Assembly: GCF_003334815.1 (NCBI RefSeq)
Contig: NZ_QOWO01000006.1
Strand: one strand, 5' to 3'
DNA: 64,000 nt
Origin: Escherichia coli
GTDB lineage: Bacteria; Pseudomonadota; Gammaproteobacteria; Enterobacterales; Enterobacteriaceae
Of this stretch, positions 21,382 to 33,128 are shown in pieces. How positions within the stretch are numbered: the first letter of the stretch is position 1; each line of letters begins with the position of its first letter. Position numbers and translations under genes: made by a program. The notes beneath the pieces are model-generated. The model did no database searches. It worked only from the letters and a program-made list of their open reading frames with translations, and had not been told where the DNA came from.

Positions 21382-21491
21382 TAACGTGATGGGAAGCGCC
21401 TCGCTTCCCGTGTATGATTGAACCCGCATGGCTCCCGAAACATTGAGGGAAGCGTTGAGGGTTCATTTTTATATTCAGAAAGAGAATAAAC

Positions 21492-22766
21492 GTGGCAAAA
21501 AACATTCAAGCCATTCGCGGCATGAACGATTACCTGCCTGGCGAAACGGCCATCTGGCAGCGCATTGAAGGCACACTGAAAAACGTGCTCGGCAGCTACG
21601 GTTACAGTGAAATCCGCTTGCCGATTGTAGAGCAGACCCCGCTATTCAAACGTGCGATTGGTGAAGTCACCGACGTGGTTGAAAAAGAGATGTACACCTT
21701 TGAGGATCGCAATGGCGACAGCCTGACTCTGCGCCCTGAAGGGACGGCGGGCTGTGTACGCGCCGGCATCGAGCATGGTCTTCTGTACAATCAGGAACAG
21801 CGTCTGTGGTATATCGGGCCGATGTTCCGTCACGAGCGTCCGCAGAAAGGGCGTTATCGTCAGTTCCATCAGTTGGGCTGCGAAGTTTTCGGTCTGCAAG
21901 GTCCGGATATCGACGCTGAACTGATTATGCTCACTGCCCGCTGGTGGCGCGCGCTGGGTATTTCCGAGCACGTAACTCTTGAGCTGAACTCTATCGGTTC
22001 GCTGGAAGCACGCGCCAATTACCGCGATGCGCTGGTGGCATTCCTTGAGCAGCATAAAGAAAAGCTGGACGAAGACTGCAAACGCCGCATGTACACTAAC
22101 CCGCTGCGCGTGCTGGATTCAAAAAATCCGGAAGTGCAGGCGCTTCTCAACGACGCTCCGGCATTAGGTGACTATCTGGACGAGGAATCTCGTGAGCATT
22201 TTGCCGGTCTGTGCAAACTGCTGGAGAGCGCGGGGATCGCTTACACCGTAAACCAGCGTCTGGTGCGTGGTCTGGATTACTACAACCGTACCGTTTTCGA
22301 GTGGGTGACTAACAGTCTCGGCTCCCAGGGCACCGTGTGTGCAGGCGGTCGTTATGACGGTCTTGTGGAACAACTGGGCGGTCGTGCAACACCGGCTGTC
22401 GGTTTTGCGATGGGCCTCGAACGTCTTGTATTGTTAGTACAGGCCGTTAATCCGGAATTTAAAGCCGATCCTGTTGTCGATATATACCTGGTGGCTTCAG
22501 GTGCTGATACACAATCTGCGGCTATGGCATTAGCTGAGCGTCTGCGTGATGAATTACCGGGCGTGAAATTGATGACCAACCACGGCGGCGGCAACTTTAA
22601 GAAACAGTTTGCCCGTGCTGATAAATGGGGTGCCCGCGTTGCTGTGGTGCTGGGTGAGTCTGAAGTGGCTAACGGCACAGCAGTAGTGAAGGATTTGCGC
22701 TCTGGTGAGCAAACGGCAGTTGCGCAGGATAGCGTAGCCGCGCATTTGCGCACGTTACTGGGTTAA
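21492..22766 (+). CDS. hisS: Histidyl-tRNA synthetase, 424 aa
   Basis: Track ORF; GTG start at 21492; class II aaRS motifs. Confidence 0.95.
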
Positions 22767-22783
22767 GGAAGGAGAAGGACAGC

Positions 22784-23404
22784 GTGGAAATTTACGAGAA
22801 CGAAAACGACCAGGTAGAAGCGGTTAAACGCTTTTTTGCTGAAAATGGCAAAGCACTGGCTGTTGGGGTGATTTTGGGCGTTGGCGCACTGATTGGCTGG
22901 CGCTACTGGAACAGCCATCAGGTTGATTCTGCACGCTCCGCTTCTCTTGCCTATCAAAATGCGGTTACCGCAGTGAGCGAAGGCAAACCGGATAGCATCC
23001 CGGCGGCGGAAAAATTTGCTGCTGAAAATAAAAATACTTATGGTGCGCTGGCTTCTTTGGAACTTGCGCAGCAATTTGTTGACAAAAATGAACTAGAGAA
23101 AGCTGCCGCCCAGTTACAACAGGGGCTGGCAGACACGAGCGATGAAAATCTCAAAGCCGTGATAAATCTGCGTCTTGCTCGCGTTCAGGTACAGCTCAAG
23201 CAGGCTGATGCCGCGCTGAAAACCCTTGATACCATCAAAGGTGAAGGGTGGGCTGCCATTGTTGCCGACCTGCGTGGTGAAGCATTGCTGAGCAAAGGTG
23301 ATAAGCAAGGTGCGCGTAGTGCATGGGAAGCAGGCGTGAAAAGCGATGTTACTCCGGCACTGAGCGAAATGATGCAGATGAAAATTAATAATTTGTCCAT
23401 CTGA
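22784..23404 (+). CDS. yfgM: YfgM, membrane-anchored TPR-like protein, 206 aa
   Basis: Track ORF; GTG start; N-terminal TM (ALAVGVILGVGALIGW). Confidence 0.85.
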   Translation: MEIYENENDQVEAVKRFFAENGKALAVGVILGVGALIGWRYWNSHQVDSARSASLAYQNAVTAVSEGKPDSIPAAEKFAAENKNTYGALASLELAQQFVDKNELEKAAAQLQQGLADTSDENLKAVINLRLARVQVQLKQADAALKTLDTIKGEGWAAIVADLRGEALLSKGDKQGARSAWEAGVKSDVTPALSEMMQMKINNLSI

Positions 23405-23414
23405 GAGGGACCCG

Positions 23415-24593
23415 ATGCAATTGCGTAAATTACTGCTGCCAGGACTGCTTTCCGTTACCCTTTTAAGCGGCTGTTCGCTGTTTAACAGCGAAGAAGATGT
23501 GGTAAAGATGTCCCCATTGCCAACCGTTGAAAACCAGTTTACGCCGACCACGGCGTGGAGCACTTCCGTTGGTAGCGGCATTGGCAACTTCTATTCCAAT
23601 CTTCATCCGGCACTGGCGGACAACGTTGTCTATGCAGCGGACCGCGCTGGTTTAGTAAAAGCGCTGAATGCGGATGATGGCAAAGAAATCTGGTCTGTCA
23701 GCCTGGCCGAGAAAGATGGCTGGTTCTCTAAAGAGCCTGCATTACTTTCTGGCGGTGTGACCGTGTCTGGTGGGCATGTCTACATTGGCAGCGAAAAGGC
23801 GCAGGTTTACGCGCTGAATACCAGCGATGGTACTGTGGCATGGCAAACTAAAGTCGCGGGTGAAGCACTTTCGCGCCCGGTGGTCAGCGACGGTCTGGTG
23901 TTAATCCACACCAGTAACGGTCAGTTACAAGCGCTGAACGAAGCTGACGGCGCTGTCAAATGGACAGTTAACCTCGATATGCCTTCGCTCTCTTTGCGTG
24001 GCGAGTCTGCGCCGGCAACGGCTTTTGGTGCGGCCGTCGTGGGGGGCGATAATGGTCGCGTCAGCGCAGTGCTGATGGAACAGGGCCAGATGATTTGGCA
24101 GCAGCGTATTTCCCAGGCGACCGGTTCTACCGAAATTGACCGTCTGAGCGATGTTGACACGACTCCCGTCGTTGTTAACGGCGTTGTTTTCGCGCTGGCC
24201 TATAATGGTAACCTGACGGCGCTTGATCTGCGCAGTGGTCAGATTATGTGGAAACGCGAACTGGGTTCGGTGAATGATTTCATCGTCGACGGCAATCGCA
24301 TCTATCTGGTCGATCAAAATGACCGGGTGATGGCGTTGACCATTGATGGCGGCGTTACGCTGTGGACACAAAGCGATCTGCTGCATCGCCTGCTGACTTC
24401 TCCGGTGCTGTATAATGGCAACCTGGTGGTCGGTGACAGTGAAGGTTATCTGCACTGGATTAACGTCGAAGATGGTCGTTTCGTTGCCCAGCAAAAAGTT
24501 GATAGTTCCGGTTTCCAGACTGAACCGGTTGCCGCTGACGGCAAACTGCTGATCCAGGCAAAAGACGGAACCGTGTACTCTATTACACGTTAA
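23415..24593 (+). CDS. bamB: BamB outer-membrane assembly lipoprotein (beta-propeller), 392 aa
   Basis: Track ORF; lipobox LLSGCS; repeated propeller blades. Confidence 0.9.
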   Translation: MQLRKLLLPGLLSVTLLSGCSLFNSEEDVVKMSPLPTVENQFTPTTAWSTSVGSGIGNFYSNLHPALADNVVYAADRAGLVKALNADDGKEIWSVSLAEKDGWFSKEPALLSGGVTVSGGHVYIGSEKAQVYALNTSDGTVAWQTKVAGEALSRPVVSDGLVLIHTSNGQLQALNEADGAVKWTVNLDMPSLSLRGESAPATAFGAAVVGGDNGRVSAVLMEQGQMIWQQRISQATGSTEIDRLSDVDTTPVVVNGVVFALAYNGNLTALDLRSGQIMWKRELGSVNDFIVDGNRIYLVDQNDRVMALTIDGGVTLWTQSDLLHRLLTSPVLYNGNLVVGDSEGYLHWINVEDGRFVAQQKVDSSGFQTEPVAADGKLLIQAKDGTVYSITR

Positions 24594-24614
24594 TCGTCTC
24601 TGTCGTTCACTTTG

Positions 24615-24651
24615 AAAACGGCTCCTGGACAGGGGCCGTTTTCCTGTTTTT
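24615..24651 (+). terminator. bamB intrinsic terminator
   Basis: AAAACGGC...GCCGTTTT stem then CCTGTTTTT. Confidence 0.7.
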
Positions 24652-24710
24652 AACAACGACGCGAATATAGCGTGCGTTGTCTGATGATTTATAAAAATGA
24701 GGCTTTAAAC

Positions 24711-26183
24711 ATGGTACCTGTGGTCGCGCTTGTCGGGCGCCCTAACGTAGGAAAATCCACGTTATTTAACCGTCTAACTCGCACCCGAGATGCGCTGGTT
24801 GCGGATTTCCCGGGTCTGACTCGTGACCGTAAGTACGGTCGTGCGGAAATTGAAGGCCGTGAGTTTATCTGTATTGATACCGGCGGGATTGATGGCACAG
24901 AAGACGGTGTAGAAACCCGCATGGCGGAACAGTCGCTGCTGGCGATTGAAGAAGCGGACGTCGTACTGTTTATGGTGGATGCGCGCGCGGGCCTGATGCC
25001 GGCAGATGAAGCGATTGCCAAACATCTGCGCTCCCGTGAAAAACCGACCTTCCTGGTGGCAAACAAAACTGACGGTCTGGATCCCGATCAGGCAGTGGTT
25101 GATTTCTACTCGCTTGGTTTAGGTGAAATCTACCCGATCGCCGCGTCTCACGGTCGTGGCGTATTAAGTCTGCTGGAGCATGTGCTGCTGCCGTGGATGG
25201 AAGATCTCGCACCGCAAGAGGAAGTCGACGAAGACGCTGAATACTGGGCGCAATTTGAAGCGGAAGAGAACGGCGAAGAAGAAGAGGAAGACGACTTCGA
25301 CCCGCAAAGTCTGCCGATCAAACTGGCGATTGTGGGTCGTCCGAACGTAGGTAAGTCTACACTCACTAACCGTATTCTTGGTGAAGAGCGCGTTGTTGTT
25401 TACGACATGCCTGGCACGACGCGTGACAGCATCTACATCCCAATGGAACGCGATGGACGTGAGTATGTGCTCATTGACACCGCTGGCGTACGTAAACGCG
25501 GCAAAATCACCGATGCTGTAGAGAAATTCTCCGTAATCAAAACGTTGCAGGCCATTGAAGACGCCAACGTGGTGATGTTAGTGATTGATGCGCGCGAAGG
25601 TATTTCCGATCAGGATCTCTCGCTGCTGGGCTTTATTCTCAATAGTGGGCGCTCACTTGTCATTGTGGTGAATAAGTGGGATGGCCTGAGTCAGGAAGTG
25701 AAAGAGCAGGTGAAAGAAACGCTGGACTTCCGTCTGGGCTTTATCGATTTTGCTCGTGTGCACTTTATCTCTGCCTTGCACGGCAGTGGTGTTGGTAACT
25801 TGTTTGAATCAGTACGTGAAGCGTATGACAGCTCCACCCGTCGTGTGGGGACCTCTATGCTGACGCGCATCATGACGATGGCTGTTGAAGATCACCAACC
25901 GCCGCTGGTACGCGGTCGTCGTGTGAAGCTGAAATATGCCCACGCCGGTGGTTATAACCCGCCGATTGTGGTGATTCACGGTAATCAGGTGAAAGACCTG
26001 CCTGATTCCTACAAGCGCTACTTGATGAACTACTTCCGCAAATCGCTGGACGTAATGGGATCGCCGATTCGTATTCAGTTCAAAGAAGGGGAAAACCCGT
26101 ATGCGAATAAGCGTAACACCCTGACGCCAACCCAGATGCGTAAACGTAAGCGTCTGATGAAGCACATCAAGAAAAATAAATAA
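24711..26183 (+). CDS. der: Der (EngA) double-GTPase ribosome assembly factor, 490 aa
   Basis: Track ORF 24672..26183; ATG 24711 (MVPVVALVG); two P-loops GRPNVGKST; Lys-rich C-terminus. Confidence 0.95.
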
Positions 26184-26252
26184 TTATCCGTAAGTATTTT
26201 ATCTGCCATTCCCTCTATGAATGTAGAGGGAATGGCTACCGGAGGAATTCAT

Positions 26253-27865
<1,613 letters not shown>

Positions 27866-27924
27866 TTATTCAGTCGATAGTAACCCGCCCTTCGGGGATA
27901 GCAAGCATTTTTTGCAAAAAGGGG

Positions 27925-27953
27925 TAGATGCAATCGGTTACGCTCTGTATAAT
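27925..27953 (+). promoter_or_regulatory. guaB promoter -10 region with candidate weak PurR half-sites
   Basis: TATAAT at 27948-27953 about 45 nt upstream of guaB ATG; ATGCAATCGGTTACGC (27928-27943) matches the 16-bp PurR consensus at about 11/16 positions. Confidence 0.4.
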
Positions 27954-27996
27954 GCCGCGGCAATATTTATTAACCACTCTGGTCGAGATATTGCCC

Positions 27997-29463
27997 ATGC
28001 TACGTATCGCTAAAGAAGCTCTGACGTTTGACGACGTTCTCCTCGTTCCTGCTCACTCTACCGTTCTGCCGAATACTGCTGACCTCAGCACCCAGCTGAC
28101 GAAAACTATTCGTCTGAATATCCCTATGCTTTCCGCAGCAATGGATACCGTAACGGAAGCGCGCCTGGCTATTGCTCTGGCTCAGGAAGGCGGTATCGGC
28201 TTTATCCACAAAAACATGTCCATTGAACGCCAGGCAGAAGAAGTTCGCCGTGTGAAAAAACACGAATCTGGTGTGGTGACTGATCCGCAGACTGTTCTGC
28301 CAACCACGACGCTGCGCGAAGTGAAAGAACTGACCGAGCGTAACGGTTTTGCGGGCTATCCGGTCGTTACCGAAGAAAACGAACTGGTGGGTATTATCAC
28401 CGGTCGTGACGTGCGTTTTGTTACCGACCTGAACCAGCCGGTTAGCGTTTACATGACGCCGAAAGAGCGTCTGGTCACCGTGCGTGAAGGTGAAGCCCGT
28501 GAAGTGGTGCTGGCAAAAATGCACGAAAAACGCGTTGAAAAAGCGCTGGTGGTTGATGACGAATTCCACCTGATCGGCATGATCACCGTGAAAGACTTCC
28601 AGAAAGCGGAACGTAAACCGAACGCCTGTAAAGACGAGCAAGGCCGTCTGCGTGTTGGTGCAGCGGTTGGCGCAGGTGCGGGTAACGAAGAGCGTGTTGA
28701 CGCGCTGGTTGCCGCAGGCGTTGACGTTCTGCTGATCGACTCCTCCCACGGTCACTCAGAAGGTGTACTGCAACGTATCCGTGAAACCCGTGCTAAATAT
28801 CCGGATCTGCAAATTATCGGCGGCAACGTGGCAACAGCTGCAGGTGCACGCGCTCTGGCAGAAGCTGGTTGCAGTGCGGTTAAAGTCGGCATTGGCCCTG
28901 GCTCTATCTGTACAACTCGTATCGTGACTGGCGTCGGTGTTCCGCAGATTACCGCTGTTGCTGACGCAGTAGAAGCCCTGGAAGGCACCGGTATTCCGGT
29001 TATCGCTGATGGCGGTATTCGCTTCTCCGGCGACATCGCCAAAGCTATCGCCGCTGGCGCAAGCGCGGTGATGGTAGGTTCCATGCTGGCGGGTACTGAA
29101 GAATCTCCGGGTGAAATCGAACTCTACCAGGGCCGTTCTTACAAATCTTACCGTGGTATGGGTTCCCTGGGCGCGATGTCCAAAGGTTCCTCTGACCGTT
29201 ATTTCCAGAGCGATAACGCTGCCGACAAACTGGTGCCGGAAGGTATCGAAGGTCGCGTAGCCTATAAAGGTCGCCTGAAAGAGATCATTCACCAGCAGAT
29301 GGGCGGCCTGCGCTCCTGTATGGGTCTGACCGGCTGTGGTACTATCGACGAACTGCGTACTAAAGCGGAGTTTGTACGTATCAGCGGTGCGGGCATTCAG
29401 GAAAGCCACGTTCACGACGTGACCATTACTAAAGAGTCCCCGAACTACCGTCTGGGCTCCTGA
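27997..29463 (+). CDS. guaB: IMP dehydrogenase, 488 aa
   Basis: Track ORF 27928..29463; ATG 27997 ([16 protein letters not shown]); catalytic loop [11 protein letters not shown]; CBS pair. Confidence 0.95.
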
Positions 29464-29531
29464 TTCTCTTCGCCCGACTTCATGTCGGGCGATTTATATT
29501 ATCTGTTTCACTTGCCTCGGAATAAGCGTCA

Positions 29532-31109
29532 ATGACGGAAAACATTCATAAGCATCGCATCCTCATTCTGGACTTCGGTTCTCAGTACACTCAACTGGTT
29601 GCGCGCCGCGTGCGTGAGCTGGGTGTTTACTGCGAACTGTGGGCGTGGGATGTGACAGAAGCACAAATTCGTGACTTCAATCCAAGCGGCATTATTCTTT
29701 CCGGCGGCCCGGAAAGTACTACTGAAGAAAACAGTCCGCGTGCGCCGCAGTATGTCTTTGAAGCAGGCGTACCGGTATTCGGCGTTTGCTATGGCATGCA
29801 GACCATGGCAATGCAGTTGGGCGGTCACGTTGAAGCCTCTAACGAACGTGAATTTGGCTACGCGCAGGTTGAAGTCGTAAACGACAGCGCACTGGTTCGC
29901 GGTATCGAAGATGCGCTGACCGCAGACGGTAAACCGCTGCTCGATGTCTGGATGAGCCACGGCGATAAAGTTACCGCTATTCCGTCCGACTTCATCACCG
30001 TAGCCAGCACCGAAAGCTGCCCGTTTGCCATTATGGCTAACGAAGAAAAACGCTTCTATGGCGTACAGTTCCACCCGGAAGTGACTCACACCCGCCAGGG
30101 TATGCGCATGCTGGAGCGTTTTGTGCGTGATATCTGCCAGTGTGAAGCCCTGTGGACGCCAGCGAAAATTATCGACGATGCTGTAGCTCGCATCCGCGAG
30201 CAGGTAGGCGACGATAAAGTCATCCTCGGCCTCTCTGGTGGTGTGGATTCCTCCGTAACCGCAATGCTGCTGCACCGCGCTATCGGTAAAAACCTGACTT
30301 GCGTATTCGTCGACAACGGCCTGCTGCGCCTCAACGAAGCAGAGCAGGTTCTGGATATGTTTGGCGATCACTTTGGTCTTAACATTGTTCACGTACCGGC
30401 AGAAGATCGCTTCCTGTCAGCGCTGGCTGGCGAAAACGATCCGGAAGCAAAACGTAAAATCATCGGTCGCGTTTTCGTTGAAGTATTCGATGAAGAAGCG
30501 CTGAAACTGGAAGACGTGAAGTGGCTGGCGCAGGGCACCATCTACCCTGACGTTATCGAATCTGCGGCGTCTGCAACCGGTAAAGCACACGTCATCAAAT
30601 CTCACCACAACGTGGGCGGCCTGCCGAAAGAGATGAAGATGGGCCTGGTTGAACCGCTGAAAGAGCTGTTCAAAGACGAAGTGCGTAAGATTGGTCTGGA
30701 GCTGGGCCTGCCGTACGACATGCTGTACCGTCACCCGTTCCCGGGACCAGGCCTTGGCGTTCGTGTTCTGGGTGAAGTGAAGAAAGAGTACTGTGACCTG
30801 CTGCGCCGTGCTGACGCCATCTTCATTGAAGAACTGCGTAAAGCGGACCTGTACGACAAAGTCAGCCAGGCGTTCACTGTGTTCCTGCCGGTACGTTCCG
30901 TTGGCGTAATGGGCGATGGTCGTAAGTATGACTGGGTTGTCTCTCTGCGTGCTGTCGAAACCATCGACTTTATGACCGCACACTGGGCGCATCTGCCGTA
31001 CGATTTCCTCGGTCGCGTTTCCAACCGCATTATCAATGAAGTGAACGGTATTTCCCGCGTGGTGTATGACATCAGCGGCAAGCCGCCAGCTACCATTGAG
31101 TGGGAATGA
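29532..31109 (+). CDS. guaA: GMP synthase (glutamine-hydrolysing), 525 aa
   Basis: Track ORF; GATase nucleophile GVCYGMQ; PP-loop SGGVDSS. Confidence 0.95.
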
Positions 31110-31134
31110 TTTGACCCTGCACTATGAATGAACA

Positions 31135-31163
31135 AAACCCTCTGTTACTACAGAGGGTTTTTT
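31135..31163. terminator. Bidirectional terminator between convergent guaA and yfgI
   Basis: AAAACCCTCTG-TTACTAC-CAGAGGGTTTTTT. Confidence 0.8.
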
Positions 31164-31201
31164 ATCTTCAAGAATTATAGGATTGAAGTTACTAACATCG
31201 A

Positions 31202-31741
31202 TTAATTAAACCAGCTGTCCGATTTGTTCTCTTCTGCTTTGCCCACGCTTTTCATCAGATCGCGACCGCCTTCAGTCATATTTCTGTTGGCGTCAGCTTC
31301 AGATTGCACCACATCGGTTTGCGCAGCTTTGTGCTTCAGTTCCTGATCGATAAATTCGTTTTCTCGCTTAACGCGGGCTTCTTCTTTCGCCAGCGCCAGT
31401 TTTTGTTTCTGAATCTCTAAGCTGCGTAGCTCATCTTCATAACTTTGATCGCGTTTTTTGTCCGCAGAGGCTTCGGCGTCCAGTTTATCCTGACGAGCTT
31501 TCTTATTTGCCGCTGCCGTTGCCGCTCTTTTGTTAGCGGCGGCCTGGGCATTTGCGCGACGTTGCTTCTCTTGCTGGATTTCCCTGTTGCGCTCCGCGAC
31601 CCATTCGTCATGCTGCCTTTGCTCTTCATTTTTACCTTGCTGTTCCGCTTCTGCGACAGCAGAGAGTTGATCCTGCAATGATGAGGCGATAGCCGGATAG
31701 CTTAAGGAGGCTAAGATGGCGCAAAGAAAAACTTTCTTCAT
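31202..31741 (-). CDS. yfgI: YfgI, secreted K/E/Q-rich coiled-coil-like protein, 179 aa
   Basis: Track ORF; N-terminal signal peptide (MKKVFLCAILASLSYPAIASS); highly charged low-complexity body. Confidence 0.8.
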   Translation of the reverse strand: MKKVFLCAILASLSYPAIASSLQDQLSAVAEAEQQGKNEEQRQHDEWVAERNREIQQEKQRRANAQAAANKRAATAAANKKARQDKLDAEASADKKRDQSYEDELRSLEIQKQKLALAKEEARVKRENEFIDQELKHKAAQTDVVQSEADANRNMTEGGRDLMKSVGKAEENKSDSWFN

Positions 31742-31756
31742 GACTCCTCCTGATTA

Positions 31757-32275
31757 TTAGCTCTTTTCAGGACATTTGGTATTTGGCTGAATACGCGTTT
31801 CGTTATACGTCGTGGTAATAACAACGGCTAAACCTGTCGTAAACTGGCACTCTTTACCCACCTGGGTAGAGGTATACACTTTGGTGCCTTCCTTATAGGT
31901 TAAAGAAACACCTTCCACTAAGGTTTTATCATTCACCATAGAACCCGCTGCCGCGCCTACAGCTCCGCCGCCAACTGCACCTGCCGTCGTTCCGGAATTG
32001 CTGCCAGACCCGACGTTGTGGCCGATAACACCGCCAGCGACTGCGCCAATAAGCGCGCCGAAGGCTTGTGCGTTCCGTTTATTTTGGGAGTTGTCTACGG
32101 CAACTTTTGCGGGAAGAATGGAAATAATATTAACGGTTTTAGTTTCTTGTTTGGTATTCAGTTGATCGGTTTGATAAACATCGGCAGCATGATCGTCAGC
32201 ATTTGACTGGCATCCTGCCAGAGTGAATGACGCTAACATTGCCACAGGCAGAAGACATTTTTTAAATTTCATCAC
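31757..32275 (-). CDS. yfgH: YfgH, outer-membrane lipoprotein with glycine-zipper segment, 172 aa
   Basis: Track ORF; lipobox TLAGCQ; Gly-zipper GAVAGGVIGHNVGSG...GAVGGGAVGAAAGS. Confidence 0.8.
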   Translation of the reverse strand: MMKFKKCLLPVAMLASFTLAGCQSNADDHAADVYQTDQLNTKQETKTVNIISILPAKVAVDNSQNKRNAQAFGALIGAVAGGVIGHNVGSGSNSGTTAGAVGGGAVGAAAGSMVNDKTLVEGVSLTYKEGTKVYTSTQVGKECQFTTGLAVVITTTYNETRIQPNTKCPEKS

Positions 32276-32585
32276 TATTCCTTGTTATACACATTACGAA
32301 AAATAAGACATTTAAGATCATCAAAAGAGGAAAGTAAATGTATTGCGTATAAAGGGATAGATTAAATTTATTAAAATTCACGCAGGGAATAATTTATAAA
32401 AATATATCATTACAACATATATATTAATTTTATATTTATTTCGCAGCCAAACAGGATAAACATCAGTCAGGATAAAGACGTAAAATTTAAGATGAAAGAA
32501 TATCTGCCGCTTTGATAATCCCAAACAGCAAAAGCATCCGACAGCGAAGTGCCGTTATGTTCTGTGAAAGTGGAGAAGGTAACCG

Positions 32586-32777
32586 CTAACGTTGTACCGG
32601 TGATTCGACGGAGAGTGTGGATTGCTGAGCTTCTTTTTTGCTCTGATGGTGCTGCCAGGCACCGACGGACGAGTAGATAAAACGGCCAAAGAAGAAGATA
32701 AAGCTGATGAGCAGTACGATACGGGTCATGCGACTGTTAAATCGGTGTCGTTTTCGCATACTGGTTGCCTGACTCAC
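32586..32777 (-). CDS. yfgG: YfgG, small single-pass membrane protein, 63 aa
   Basis: Track ORF; GTG start; TM segment IVLLISFIFFFGRFIY. Confidence 0.65.
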   Translation of the reverse strand: MSQATSMRKRHRFNSRMTRIVLLISFIFFFGRFIYSSVGAWQHHQSKKEAQQSTLSVESPVQR

Positions 32778-32987
32778 AAAAGGTTCCTTGAAGTATGTCC
32801 CACGCTGTGGACGGTACTTACATTAAGGCACAACAGGACAAAATGGTCAATTCTTCGTTATGTAAAAAAGCGTCAGTGGATACATATTTTAATGTTATGG
32901 AAGTTAATTTAATTATTTACAATGATGATGTAATAATGATGAATTAACATGATAAACGTAATAATTCATTAATCAGGGTTATTTTGT

Positions 32988-33001
32988 TTGATATATATCA
33001 A
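32988..33001. promoter_or_regulatory. FNR box in the yfgG-pdeF divergent intergenic region
   Basis: TTGAT-ATAT-ATCAA, exact match to the FNR consensus TTGAT-N4-ATCAA, about 130 bp upstream of pdeF ATG. Confidence 0.6.
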
Positions 33002-33128
33002 TTGGTACTTTCATATGACACTTAGAATCAATGCTCTCTATAGTGATGAATAATCATCATTCGAAGTCAGGTGGGATGCCTGTCTGAATACACCTCCTTC
33101 AGGATGTGGGGGATTCTGCTGAGCATCT

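Noticed and set aside
28000-30392. Minus-strand ORFs of 251, 219 and 287 aa overlapping guaB and guaA
   Set aside because: Antisense to two highly conserved genes with recognisable catalytic motifs on the plus strand; typical shadow frames.
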